From NCBI GenBank assembly GCA_023268715.1, contig JALRLV010000001.1, positions 6,383 through 70,382 on the forward strand: a stretch of DNA of 64,000 bases. The letters run 5' to 3'. This document shows positions 1 to 8,633 of the stretch, one piece after another (position 1 is the first letter of the stretch; each line of letters begins with the position of its first letter). The notes beneath the pieces are model-generated. The model saw only the letters and a program-made list of their open reading frames with translations. It was not told where the DNA came from and made no database searches. Both the position numbers and the translations under genes were made by a program. The stretch is from Candidatus Thalassarchaeaceae archaeon. Its GTDB lineage: Archaea > Thermoplasmatota > Poseidoniia > Poseidoniales > Thalassarchaeaceae.

Positions 1-1975
1 TATTGACGATTGCAAATCCAATAGCAATTTCCATTTCCACATCTCTGTACCAAGTTCTTTGTCCCCTGACAACAAATGCACCACGACCAAGTGATTCTCC
101 GCTCTCCGTTTGTTTGGAAACTTGCGTAGGTCGAGCATGGAATGCAGTTGCTGCGGCGCTACCACTACCCCATGCACGGGACCAACATATTGCCAATTGT
201 GCTGCTTCTTTGATAATCTCAGAAGGTAGATTCTGAGCATCTTCGATTGAACCAGCGAACTCTTGTGAAATTTTCAATGATGCCACTCCTTCTGGCCTAA
301 ATCCGATAGGATGAGGGTCTGTTTCTAACCCATCGTGTAACCTTAGTGAGCAAGATGGGGCTCCGTGTAAATCGGCATGAACGTAGAGATCCGTAGAGCG
401 CAGATACTTCCTAACCACTGTGTCGTTACCCTTGGCATCCCGGCCGCCAACAACCAATCTACCATCTGAAAGTATTCCCCATCGATGTTTTTCGAACCAG
501 AATCGCTTGCTGCGTTTTCCTATTCTGACTCTTCCAGCTGCTGCTTCTTTCTCCCTTTTCGCAGCCTCCTTTGCCGCTTGAGTTTCCGTTCTTTCCAAAG
601 CTACTTTCGCTCCTTTCGCTTTATCTTTCAGAGTTCTAGCCTGTTCAAAATAAGTCTGGGCATTTTGATGCACTGAATTCTCTACAGATAGAGTTACACT
701 TGCTCCTGGCTCGTTATCTTCGTCAGGTAACCTGGCCAAAATTGTCCCCTTTGCCGGGTCAATCCTGTCTATCCATGCAACATCCGAAACTTTTGAGTCC
801 AAGGTTTGCCAACCTTCGTTTGCAATCAACGAATTTACTTGACCGAGTAAATCGTCTACATGAGTCCAGTTATCCTGAATCGATTTTGCTAATTCTTGAG
901 TCAATGCGGCTTGAGATTCAAATCGCTCTATTGCCGAACGCTGCTGAGCAGCCCTTCGGTCAAGCTTTGCTTTCTGTTCTTCATCATCTTCACCCGCTGC
1001 GGCTAGTTTTTCTTCTTCTCGACGGATGTAAGCGATTGCATCATGGGCTCCGAATATCACATCGTATGCTTCTGATAAGTTTGCAATATTGGCCCTGAGG
1101 CTTGAATCCATAAATGGTAGATTGATTGGAGAAAATTCCCCAATCATTCCACTTGCAGAATCTCTCTCTTGAGGGTCATCCTGTGCAGACTTCCAGGAAT
1201 TTAGTCCCTCTTTATCTTCAAACCAAATATACGCACCTTTGGCTTCTGCCAACTCCTCAAGCAACTTATTCATCGATTCACTAAGGACTTCTCTTTGAGT
1301 CTCATCAAGAGAGTCTGCAGGATCATCTGAATCTATTTCTGCAGCACTACAAACCGCATTTCCATAGATTCGACCGAGGTTTGCACGCGCCGCAAGAGTT
1401 CGTATCAAAGAATGCTCTGAATTATCCAGTAAATTGTCTAGGCCATTCCTGTCAAGTCCTCTAGGGTCCAAAGTTTCTGGAGGAGGTGCGTATGTTTCAC
1501 CTCTCTTTAGAGCACGACTTGCGTATTTGGCGTGTGTCAATGGCTGGAGAATAACATCGTTATCATCTAGAAGCAATACGTTTCCATCTCGAAATAATTC
1601 AATGACAAGTTTGTATTGACCACCTCCGTGTTCGAAGGTCAAAATTACTACTCTATCGAAGCCAAGTTGCTCAACTTCAACAAGGCGTGAATTTCCTAGA
1701 TGTTTCCTCAATATCATAGCGAACGGAGACGGATTGTTCGGCATTGGCCTATCTCTTCTGGACATATACAGCCTCTTTCCACGCACAATCACCAAATCAA
1801 CAGAAGGTTCTCCCTTCGGATTTAGCCTCAAAACAACCTGTTCATGATGTGGCTGGTAGGCTTTGCGTACGCGGGTTCCAACCATGCCGTGTAATTCCCT
1901 GACCATGCGGGCGACATCGAATGAGGAAGACTGCGCACGCATGGCTCTCATTACGAGGGTAAGCGGGCCCTTCAT
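1..1975 (-). CDS. NFACT-family protein (archaeal Rqc2/Tae2/FbpA homologue: NFACT-N, coiled coil, DUF814/NFACT-R); C-terminus lies beyond the window edge
   Basis: The minus-strand frame is uninterrupted from ATG (1975-1973) to position 2. It is absent from the ORF track because no stop lies inside the window. I translated it by hand: MKGPLTLVMRAMRAQSSSFDVARMVRELHGMVGTRVRKAYQPHHEQVVLRLNPKG...LGFDRVVILTFEHGGGQYKLVIELFRDGNVLLLDD..., followed by a long charged coiled-coil region, then ...RFWFEKHRWGILSDGRLVVGGRDAKGNDTVVRKYLRSTDLYVHADLHGAPSCSL (DUF814-like). Confidence 0.8.
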   Translation of the reverse strand, partial: MKGPLTLVMRAMRAQSSSFDVARMVRELHGMVGTRVRKAYQPHHEQVVLRLNPKGEPSVDLVIVRGKRLYMSRRDRPMPNNPSPFAMILRKHLGNSRLVEVEQLGFDRVVILTFEHGGGQYKLVIELFRDGNVLLLDDNDVILQPLTHAKYASRALKRGETYAPPPETLDPRGLDRNGLDNLLDNSEHSLIRTLAARANLGRIYGNAVCSAAEIDSDDPADSLDETQREVLSESMNKLLEELAEAKGAYIWFEDKEGLNSWKSAQDDPQERDSASGMIGEFSPINLPFMDSSLRANIANLSEAYDVIFGAHDAIAYIRREEEKLAAAGEDDEEQKAKLDRRAAQQRSAIERFESQAALTQELAKSIQDNWTHVDDLLGQVNSLIANEGWQTLDSKVSDVAWIDRIDPAKGTILARLPDEDNEPGASVTLSVENSVHQNAQTYFEQARTLKDKAKGAKVALERTETQAAKEAAKREKEAAAGRVRIGKRSKRFWFEKHRWGILSDGRLVVGGRDAKGNDTVVRKYLRSTDLYVHADLHGAPSCSLRLHDGLETDPHPIGFRPEGVASLKISQEFAGSIEDAQNLPSEIIKEAAQLAICWSRAWGSGSAAATAFHARPTQVSKQTESGESLGRGAFVVRGQRTWYRDVEMEIAIGFAIVN

Positions 1976-2010
1976 CAGACAATCGCTTGATATCTGACGG
2001 CTGAGGCCCG

Positions 2011-3045
2011 ATGGCAATGGCTGGCATGGGGGGGCTAAGGTTGGACGATGGTGTGCCATACGTTCATGGCCCAGAAACCATGGGCGAGGTTGATATAGGG
2101 CTCAGAGCCTTTTGGTATAGGCCAATGTTGCTTCGCAATACTCTAGAAGTTGAAGTGGACCTTGATTGGGGTATACACTGCAATGCGGACGCTTTAGCTG
2201 AGCAGGCGGCAGTAATTGCTAACCGCATGAATACTGATGGGATTGAAGACGCTGAAATGTTGGCTTTGGACTTAGCATTCATATTCGGATTTGACCACGA
2301 GTACTTCCATCATCGCTTCGATTCAGGTGTAAGCTCTCATGTAATGCGAACTCATACACAAACCGGTTCATTACCTGCTAATTTTGGGAATTATGAAGAA
2401 TTACATGATTCCATTTCTACTCGCAGAGAAGGCCCTGAATGGTGGTTATTGACCGAAGAAACTCTTGCCAATGCGCATATTGCAATGGACCCCACTAGAC
2501 TTGGGGGGCTGAAAGACGCCTTCATCGAATATGACTTGCTGCCTGAACCCGGAGATCGTTCGAGAGGTCCATATGCGGCTTGGCGATTTGTGGCATCAGA
2601 CCCTTGGAAGTTCAATTGCCTAGCCCATCACACCTGGTTACAGATTTTGACTGGAGAATTGGACCCACTGAATATAATCCCTGCAATTGAATCAATTATA
2701 CACGAAGGAGGGACTGATGCCGCATTCGAGGCTCTCGTGGATTCCATTGTAGATGCATGTGCCTTACCTGCGGATGAAGACTCCGTACCGGATCGAGTGC
2801 TAGGAAGAAATGGAACCGAGCATCTGTTTGCTATGGGCGGTGTGCCCGATGGCATGCTCCGGCGACTTGAAGTTCCAATGCATTTCCATGGTGGCGAGGC
2901 AAATCGTATGGCAGAAAGATACGGTGCAACGAATCCCGATTGGCCGTATGCAATTATTGAGAATCTTTATGAGAAATTAGGACGATTTGATGACGGCCCA
3001 GTTGATCCATGGGGTGGTGACGACCCATTCACCTCTATGGCTTGA
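2011..3045 (+). CDS. Hypothetical protein with an HExxH motif (possible zinc-dependent hydrolase)
   Basis: This is a 344-aa ORF. It carries HEYFH at nt 2296-2310 in the context LDLAFIFGFDHEYFHHRFD. I recognise no other family signature. Later starts (M6 or M24) are possible because the divergent NFACT start is only 35 nt away. Confidence 0.5.
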   Translation: MAMAGMGGLRLDDGVPYVHGPETMGEVDIGLRAFWYRPMLLRNTLEVEVDLDWGIHCNADALAEQAAVIANRMNTDGIEDAEMLALDLAFIFGFDHEYFHHRFDSGVSSHVMRTHTQTGSLPANFGNYEELHDSISTRREGPEWWLLTEETLANAHIAMDPTRLGGLKDAFIEYDLLPEPGDRSRGPYAAWRFVASDPWKFNCLAHHTWLQILTGELDPLNIIPAIESIIHEGGTDAAFEALVDSIVDACALPADEDSVPDRVLGRNGTEHLFAMGGVPDGMLRRLEVPMHFHGGEANRMAERYGATNPDWPYAIIENLYEKLGRFDDGPVDPWGGDDPFTSMA

Positions 3046-3048
3046 AAT

Positions 3049-3903
3049 TCAAGAAATATTGTTCATGAAATCTTCGATTACTGGAATTGCAGCGGCCTCA
3101 TGTGCGAATTGATTACTCTCGATTTCAATTAACTTCGAGTTTGGTATGCTTCTACTTAGGTCCCCAGCATCAGAGTGGTCATGTAGAGTATCAGAAGATG
3201 CGCTGAGAATCCCCACAGGAGCATCTGTCTTGGAGAAATCTAGATTCATTTTGTATTTTATGAAAACCATAGAACAAAGCCTGAGCCTATCGATAGGAGC
3301 GGCTAACAGAGTCCGCCGATAACGAATTCTTTGCCCTTCTTCTTTCAGACGCTTATCGAGATACCAAATTACGAATTTAACCAACGCATTGTAGCAGAGT
3401 AATGGTGCAGGAATTAGGGGCCTCGCCCAAATCGGAGGAACGAATGCTAGGTTTGGAGATAGTACGACTAGGCTTCGAAAAACTAGTTGCCCTTCCCTAA
3501 GTCCTTCGAGTAAAAGTGTAGCACCCAATGATGAACCCATGGCGTCACAGTTTGAAGACTGAAGCCCTATCCTTGCCAAAATGATTGGTAAATCGGATGT
3601 TATATTTTGGATTTGGAACGACTCTTTGGAAATTTTCTTGTCAATTCTACAACTTCCTTTCTCACGAGTTTCAATGTAAACAACGGGTCTCTGCTTCACC
3701 CACTCGGAAAGAATCGGAAACCATCCCTCTGGAACCGAGTTCCAGCCCGGAATCATCACTAGTGTTCTTGCTTGTTTAGAATCTTCATTTGTTGGCGTCC
3801 ATTGTAAGACCCTAAGGTTGTATCCTGAGTTTCCCTCAATCCATTTCTGTTCGACGTCTGCTCCGCCAAATTCTGGAATTTCTTGCCACAAATCCGACTG
3901 CAT
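3049..3903 (-). CDS. Alpha/beta-fold hydrolase
   Basis: It has a GxSxG nucleophile elbow (AMGSSLGAT) preceded by LVMIPGWNS. I moved the start to ATG 3903-3901, which lies 1 nt after the TGA stop (3907-3905) of the upstream gene. The track start at 4083 would overlap that gene by 180 nt. Confidence 0.7.
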   Translation of the reverse strand: MQSDLWQEIPEFGGADVEQKWIEGNSGYNLRVLQWTPTNEDSKQARTLVMIPGWNSVPEGWFPILSEWVKQRPVVYIETREKGSCRIDKKISKESFQIQNITSDLPIILARIGLQSSNCDAMGSSLGATLLLEGLREGQLVFRSLVVLSPNLAFVPPIWARPLIPAPLLCYNALVKFVIWYLDKRLKEEGQRIRYRRTLLAAPIDRLRLCSMVFIKYKMNLDFSKTDAPVGILSASSDTLHDHSDAGDLSRSIPNSKLIEIESNQFAHEAAAIPVIEDFMNNIS

Positions 3904-3904
3904 T

Positions 3905-5416
3905 TCAGTTCCCCTTAACAAACAACCATTTTCCATTTCCTTGACGAATGTTTCCATTTTTTTCAAGTGCGAGTAAGTGAGAATAGGTCTGATCTCTCGC
4001 AAGGTTTGGATGTGCATCCGGAGTGTCAGCATATGCTTGAACGGTAATCGCATCAAGGCTGCCGTCGCTTGATTGCACTGCATTCAACACTCTTGAATGG
4101 CGTTCATTTCTATGCTTCAAATATCGTGTCAATAATCTCCTCGGATTTGCAACCATAGGACCGTGACCGGGAAATAGAAGTGAAGGGTCTAAATCTCTCA
4201 GACGTTCCAATCCTGCGAGATATTCGTTCATATTTCCATCTGAGGATGGGACTAGAATCGTACCAAATAGGACAGCGTTATCTCCACTTACAATTCCTGC
4301 TTTACCAACCAAGCATATGTGTCCCGGACAATGGCCATGTGTCTCGATAACGCTCCATTTTTCATCATCAATCTCGATTACATCTCCCTCTCCGAGAGTT
4401 CTGTCAGATTCACATTTTGGCAATACCGCAAGTGTCTCTTTACTGGCAAAAATAGGTGCTTGATAAAATTTAGAAATCTCAGATAAATCACCGATGTGGT
4501 CTGGATGCTTGTGAGTAAATACAGTTGCAATAATTTTACTTCCTGACTGCTCTATTTCAGCAACCTTATCCTTCAGGATTTCCAAGGCTTCAATCGATCT
4601 AGCGGCAGGGTCGACTAGGATTCTACTTCCGCCAGGATGGCCCAAAACATAGCAATCGGTATGAGTTGCAGGTGGAAGTGTGTCTGTTGGTATTGGTACT
4701 AGCTCGACACCGTTTGCATATTCGATTCTATGATATCCACTTGGAGGGTTTTTGGCTAATTCTAAGAATCCTATCTGAACAATGTCGCGAATAAGTGTAA
4801 CTTGAGGAGGTGGTAATTTTACCTCATGTGAAAGCCAAGCGTCCAGTAACTCGTTTGGCTTCCACCACTGGAATTCATCAAATTCTGTTCGGCCACTAGG
4901 AAGTTTTGCTTCAATTGAAGCGTCTCCCGTTGCGACATGATAGAATCTATTTTTGTGACGAATTGGTGCAACGGGAGGAGTCGTTCTTTGGGTAATTAGA
5001 GATGGGTTAAAATTGTCAATTGATAATGTTCCTTCAGAAACTAGTTTTGCCCATTCTGATTTATTTTCATTGACTTGGTCGATAATTTCGACTTGCATAT
5101 TCTGGAATCCACCACTTCCATCTGGTGCAACCCCTACTTCTTCCAGCATCTCTCTCAATAGAGCAATTAGCGATTCACGGTCCTCTCTTTCTGAAAACCA
5201 AGAGGGGTTATCTTCCGCTGCTTCTCTATCCACTCTACTTATTCCACCGCCTGGGAATGCCCAAAAGTCAGGAAAACTTGGGACTTCTGAGACTCTGTGA
5301 CAGAGCAGAATTTCCATCTCTTGACCTGAGTTTCTACTGATTACTGCTGCAGCCGAAGGACGAGGTTTTGCAACCTCTGCCGAGGGTAACTCGACCCCCT
5401 CTGGCAACTCACTCAT
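3905..5416 (-). CDS. NUDIX hydrolase domain fused to a metallo-beta-lactamase-fold hydrolase
   Basis: The N-terminal half has FPGGGIS...LLREMLEEVGV (Nudix box REUXEEXGU). The C-terminal half has FTHKHPDHIGD (HxHxDH), plus HGHCPGH and PGHGP. Confidence 0.75.
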   Translation of the reverse strand: MSELPEGVELPSAEVAKPRPSAAAVISRNSGQEMEILLCHRVSEVPSFPDFWAFPGGGISRVDREAAEDNPSWFSEREDRESLIALLREMLEEVGVAPDGSGGFQNMQVEIIDQVNENKSEWAKLVSEGTLSIDNFNPSLITQRTTPPVAPIRHKNRFYHVATGDASIEAKLPSGRTEFDEFQWWKPNELLDAWLSHEVKLPPPQVTLIRDIVQIGFLELAKNPPSGYHRIEYANGVELVPIPTDTLPPATHTDCYVLGHPGGSRILVDPAARSIEALEILKDKVAEIEQSGSKIIATVFTHKHPDHIGDLSEISKFYQAPIFASKETLAVLPKCESDRTLGEGDVIEIDDEKWSVIETHGHCPGHICLVGKAGIVSGDNAVLFGTILVPSSDGNMNEYLAGLERLRDLDPSLLFPGHGPMVANPRRLLTRYLKHRNERHSRVLNAVQSSDGSLDAITVQAYADTPDAHPNLARDQTYSHLLALEKNGNIRQGNGKWLFVKGN

Positions 5417-5502
5417 GACTCAACGAAGGGGTTGACCGCTTCAATCCCGCCCCGAGTGGAGCCTCTCGGCAAACTCAAGTCAAACATCCCTCAGGACTGA
5501 AC

Positions 5503-6366
5503 ATGAGCGCTGGCGGGTTTGACTTCATTACCATCGGACACACCAATACAGTCACCGGCCAGCGTGAACATGAAGTGCAAATGCCTAGATTCGGTCTTGG
5601 AGTTTGGCAGATGTCCGAAGGAGGAGAGTGCAAAACAGCCGTTCAGCACGCCATTTCCTTAGGGTACAGACTCATAGATACCGCCCGCTCCTATGCTAAC
5701 GAAACTGAGACCGGCCAAGCCATTCGCGAGAGTGGAGTGCCCCGCGATGACCTATTCGTTGTCACCAAATTGCGCCGCCCACACGCAACGAGTTACGAGG
5801 CGGCGCTCGAGCATTGCCGCAGTAGCCTAGATATGCTTGGATTGGATAGTATTGACCTATACCTTGTTCATGCTCCACCTGAAGACATAGCGGCTAGAGC
5901 TGGAGTATGGAGAGGAATGGAAGAATGCCTTGCTCGTGGATGGACTAGATCAATTGGAGTCAGCAATTATGGCGCCCACCACCTTGATGATATGCGAGCC
6001 TATGCGACCATTTTACCTGCGGTCAATCAAGTGGAATTACACCCATGGAATCAGCGCCCTGCTCTTCGAGCAGCAACAGAAGCAATCGGAGCCAAGGTGA
6101 TGGCTTACTCACCATTAGCAAGAGGTCACAAGGTTGGATGTGATAGTCTCGCAAAGATAGCAAAATCACTAGACTGCACACCAGCCCAGGCCGCAATAAA
6201 ATGGGTATACGACACTGGGGCAATTACGATCCCAAAATCTAGCAACCCAGGTAGAATAGATGAGAACCTTGCGAGTTTGAATGTCGATCTCAGAGGAACA
6301 GAATCTGCGTTTAATCAATTAGAAGAAGCCTATGTTTCCGGTTGGAACCCTACTGCCGAACCTTGA
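5503..6366 (+). CDS. Aldo/keto reductase (2,5-diketo-D-gluconate reductase-like)
   Basis: Motifs seen: GLGVWQ, IDTARSYANE, VVTKL, DLYLVHAP, NQVELHP and IPKSSNPGRIDEN. The alternative start at ATG 5581 (MPRFGLGVWQ) gives the canonical N-terminus. Confidence 0.85.
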   Translation: MSAGGFDFITIGHTNTVTGQREHEVQMPRFGLGVWQMSEGGECKTAVQHAISLGYRLIDTARSYANETETGQAIRESGVPRDDLFVVTKLRRPHATSYEAALEHCRSSLDMLGLDSIDLYLVHAPPEDIAARAGVWRGMEECLARGWTRSIGVSNYGAHHLDDMRAYATILPAVNQVELHPWNQRPALRAATEAIGAKVMAYSPLARGHKVGCDSLAKIAKSLDCTPAQAAIKWVYDTGAITIPKSSNPGRIDENLASLNVDLRGTESAFNQLEEAYVSGWNPTAEP

Positions 6367-6372
6367 GGGATT

Positions 6373-6555
6373 ATGATGAGAGATCCTGAGACAATTGAGG
6401 AAGAATTAGCTCTATTCGCAGAAGCGATAGAAGCGGGAATCGATCCATTTCCTGAACCAAAGAAAGAGACTCCTTGGGCAAGATATGCAGTTGCTTGGTT
6501 CATGATTTTACTAATGATTTCATTCGCTTCTAGATTACTCAACCGTGCACTGTGA
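6373..6555 (+). CDS. Small hypothetical protein with a C-terminal TM helix
   Basis: The 60-aa ORF begins 7 nt after the AKR stop. It has an acidic N-terminal half and the hydrophobic segment YAVAWFMILLMISFA. No homology was recognised. Confidence 0.35.
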   Translation: MMRDPETIEEELALFAEAIEAGIDPFPEPKKETPWARYAVAWFMILLMISFASRLLNRAL

Positions 6556-6557
6556 AT

Positions 6558-7097
6558 TTATGCACCCCAAGATTTCAACAATTCAAATTTGTCTCTCGAA
6601 GTAGAATTTGTAGATCTCCATAATTCCATGAGGGGTTTAGGCACTGGTTTACTTAGTTCTGCATAACGACCATCATCGGTCATTTTTGGATTATTTTGAG
6701 TAGGCCAAATGAGTAAAATCCCATAGCGTAATTTACCGGTTAGAGGGTTGTTGTTAGTAGGTCCAGAATGTAAATAAGTGAATAATTGAAGCCTATTTTT
6801 TGCCAACCCCAGTGAATTGGGATGCTTTACTTCAATTACAATATTCTGATCAAATTTGTTAGGCCCCCCGGGGAGTAGCACATAATCAGCTTCAGTTTCC
6901 TTAACGGGAAATCCCTTGTAATGTAGTTCAATGACGGTTTCACTGTGGTAGACAAATTTCCTTCTTTTCAATTCTGATGAAAATGCGGACTGGTATTGTT
7001 CTTCCATACTACTATGGTATTGATAATGTAATTCTTCATTTACCTCACAAGCCATTTCAAACAATTTGTCGCAGAGACTGTTTAATTTTGCATCCAT
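6558..7097 (-). CDS. GxxExxY-family / PD-(D/E)XK-fold protein
   Basis: The pattern ...SAFSSELKRRKFVYHSETVIELHYKGFPVKETEADYVLL...IVIEVKH...QLFTYL...GILLIW resembles the GxxExxY (PDDEXK_3) family. The gene is visibly A+T-rich. Confidence 0.5.
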   Translation of the reverse strand: MDAKLNSLCDKLFEMACEVNEELHYQYHSSMEEQYQSAFSSELKRRKFVYHSETVIELHYKGFPVKETEADYVLLPGGPNKFDQNIVIEVKHPNSLGLAKNRLQLFTYLHSGPTNNNPLTGKLRYGILLIWPTQNNPKMTDDGRYAELSKPVPKPLMELWRSTNSTSRDKFELLKSWGA

Positions 7098-7217
7098 ATT
7101 TTCCGTTATTTCTCAACTTACTAACTAAAGTTTTCCTTGATTAGAGGCCAATTTTCCACCATAGTAAGTGTAGATTTTATGAAAAGATTTAAATAATAGT
7201 AGAGTTTTTTTCTCTTC

Positions 7218-7436
7218 ATGAAATACACAGTAGTTATTTCCGAAAATATGCATAAACCAGAGAAATACGCGATTTTTAACCAACAAAATTGGGACAAACC
7301 CTCATTGATTGAGCAAGTCCAAATCAGAATTAAAGATGGCTGGATTCCTTGCGGAGGAGTTTCCTTTGGAACTCACGAAGACTTTGAGCGGCCAGTTTGG
7401 GCTCAAGCTATGCTGAAGAATGATGAAGAAGAGTGA
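7218..7436 (+). CDS. DUF1737-like small protein
   Basis: MKYTVV...IRIKDGWIPCGGVSF...WAQAML matches the DUF1737 pattern (MxYKV...GWxPxGGV...QAM). Confidence 0.45.
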   Translation: MKYTVVISENMHKPEKYAIFNQQNWDKPSLIEQVQIRIKDGWIPCGGVSFGTHEDFERPVWAQAMLKNDEEE

Positions 7437-7454
7437 TGAATTCTCGGAATAATT

Positions 7455-7530
7455 TGGTAGTCCCTCCCGGATTTGAACCAGGGTCATGGCATCCAGAGTG
7501 CCATATGATGGACCGCTACACTAAGGGACT
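7455..7530 (-). tRNA. tRNA-Gln (anticodon CTG), CCA encoded
   Basis: The reverse complement is AGTCCCTTAGTGTAGCGGTCCATCATATGGCACTCTGGATGCCATGACCCTGGTTCAAATCCGGGAGGGACTACCA. The acceptor pairs AGTCCCT with AGGGACT. The anticodon stem is TGGCA/TGCCA with loop CTCTGGA. The T arm is CCTGG-TTCAAAT-CCGGG. Confidence 0.9.
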
Positions 7531-7551
7531 AGCGACTCGCCGAGTCGGGTC

Positions 7552-7559
7552 GTATATTT
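7552..7559 (-). promoter_or_regulatory. Candidate TATA box for tRNA-Gln
   Basis: The minus strand reads GAAATATAC about 22-29 nt upstream of the mature tRNA 5' end (7530). Confidence 0.3.
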
Positions 7560-7560
7560 C

Positions 7561-7587
7561 AACAAAACCGCTCGATAGATAATCGAG
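7561..7587 (-). terminator. Hairpin plus U-tract terminator after the OFOR beta gene
   Basis: A perfect 6-bp stem (CTCGAT/ATCGAG, 5-nt loop) lies at 7571-7587, 9 nt after the stop. On the transcribed strand it is followed by GGTTTTGTT. Confidence 0.45.
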
Positions 7588-7595
7588 TAAATCGC

Positions 7596-8633
7596 TCAAA
7601 CACGGAAAGATTGGTTGAGTTCCTCTAGGGCTTTCTTACTAGGTCTCAGTTCTTCTTCAGTCAGGTCGACTAATGGCGTGTCAGTCAGACCTAGTGCCTC
7701 ATCAGCGGTCTTCATCTCTGAATCATAATACAGGAGCCCTGTGACGTGCTTATCGTTTTGTTCAGCATCGTGAATCGCCGATAGAGCAGCGACCGCATTG
7801 CTTGGGTCGTGATCATCTCCGAGGGTTTCCAATCTCAGTGTCGAACCATCAAACAGACTAATGTCTTCGAATTGACCCTCAGGAACCTCTACCTCTTCAA
7901 TCGGTGTAAAGTGAGGGATGTAATCAACAGTGTGAAGTTCCTCTTCATTCCCTTTAACGTAGTTGTAAGAGCGGTATGATTCATCATTATTTGCGAAAGT
8001 TACACATGGTGAAATTACATCAATGACAGCCATTCCCTTGTGCGATAGAGCTGCTCGTAAAAGCGCAGTTAACTGTTTCTTAGAACCGGAAAACGACCTC
8101 GCTACGAATCCACAACCAAGGTTGATTGCCATTTTACAAAGGTCGATTGGAGGATTCTCGTTAGTCGCTCCCTTCTTTTTCTTCGAGCCCTTCTCGACTG
8201 TTGCAGAGTACTGTCCTTTTGTTAACCCGTAAACTCCGTTATTTTCGATAATGTAAACCATGTTTAGATTTCGGCGAATAGCGTGAATAAATTGTCCAAT
8301 ACCAATAGATGCAGTATCTCCATCACCAGATACACCGAGGAAAGCTAAGTCCTTGTTGACCATATTTGCACCAGTGGTAACCGAGGGCATTCTACCGTGG
8401 ACTGTGTTGAATCCGTGTGACTTTCCTAGGAAGTATGCGGGGGTCTTAGATGAACATCCGATACCGGACATCTTGGCAATTGTTTCTGGTGCAATACCGT
8501 TTTCCCAAGCCGCCTGAATAATCACGTTGGAAATTTGGTCGTGTCCACAACCAGGACACAACGAAGAGGGGCCTCCTGTATAGTCTGCCTTTGGTAGGTC
8601 GATAACATTGAGTTGAATCGGTCTCATGCTCAT
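7596..8633 (-). CDS. 2-oxoacid:ferredoxin oxidoreductase, beta (TPP-binding) subunit
   Basis: Motifs seen: CPGCGHD, GIGCSS, and GVSGDGD...IENNGVYGLTKGQ (TPP motif). A 4-nt overlap with the alpha subunit gene indicates translational coupling. Confidence 0.9.
   Translation of the reverse strand: MSMRPIQLNVIDLPKADYTGGPSSLCPGCGHDQISNVIIQAAWENGIAPETIAKMSGIGCSSKTPAYFLGKSHGFNTVHGRMPSVTTGANMVNKDLAFLGVSGDGDTASIGIGQFIHAIRRNLNMVYIIENNGVYGLTKGQYSATVEKGSKKKKGATNENPPIDLCKMAINLGCGFVARSFSGSKKQLTALLRAALSHKGMAVIDVISPCVTFANNDESYRSYNYVKGNEEELHTVDYIPHFTPIEEVEVPEGQFEDISLFDGSTLRLETLGDDHDPSNAVAALSAIHDAEQNDKHVTGLLYYDSEMKTADEALGLTDTPLVDLTEEELRPSKKALEELNQSFRV

Noticed and set aside
3-1619. Plus-strand ORFs from the track (3-236, 485-676, 700-1098, 1434-1619), and the minus-strand ORF at 1842-2027.
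   Set aside because: All lie inside or antisense to the long uninterrupted minus-strand NFACT frame (1-1975), which has clear family motifs. Their translations are low-complexity (S/L/F/R-rich), as expected for shadow ORFs.
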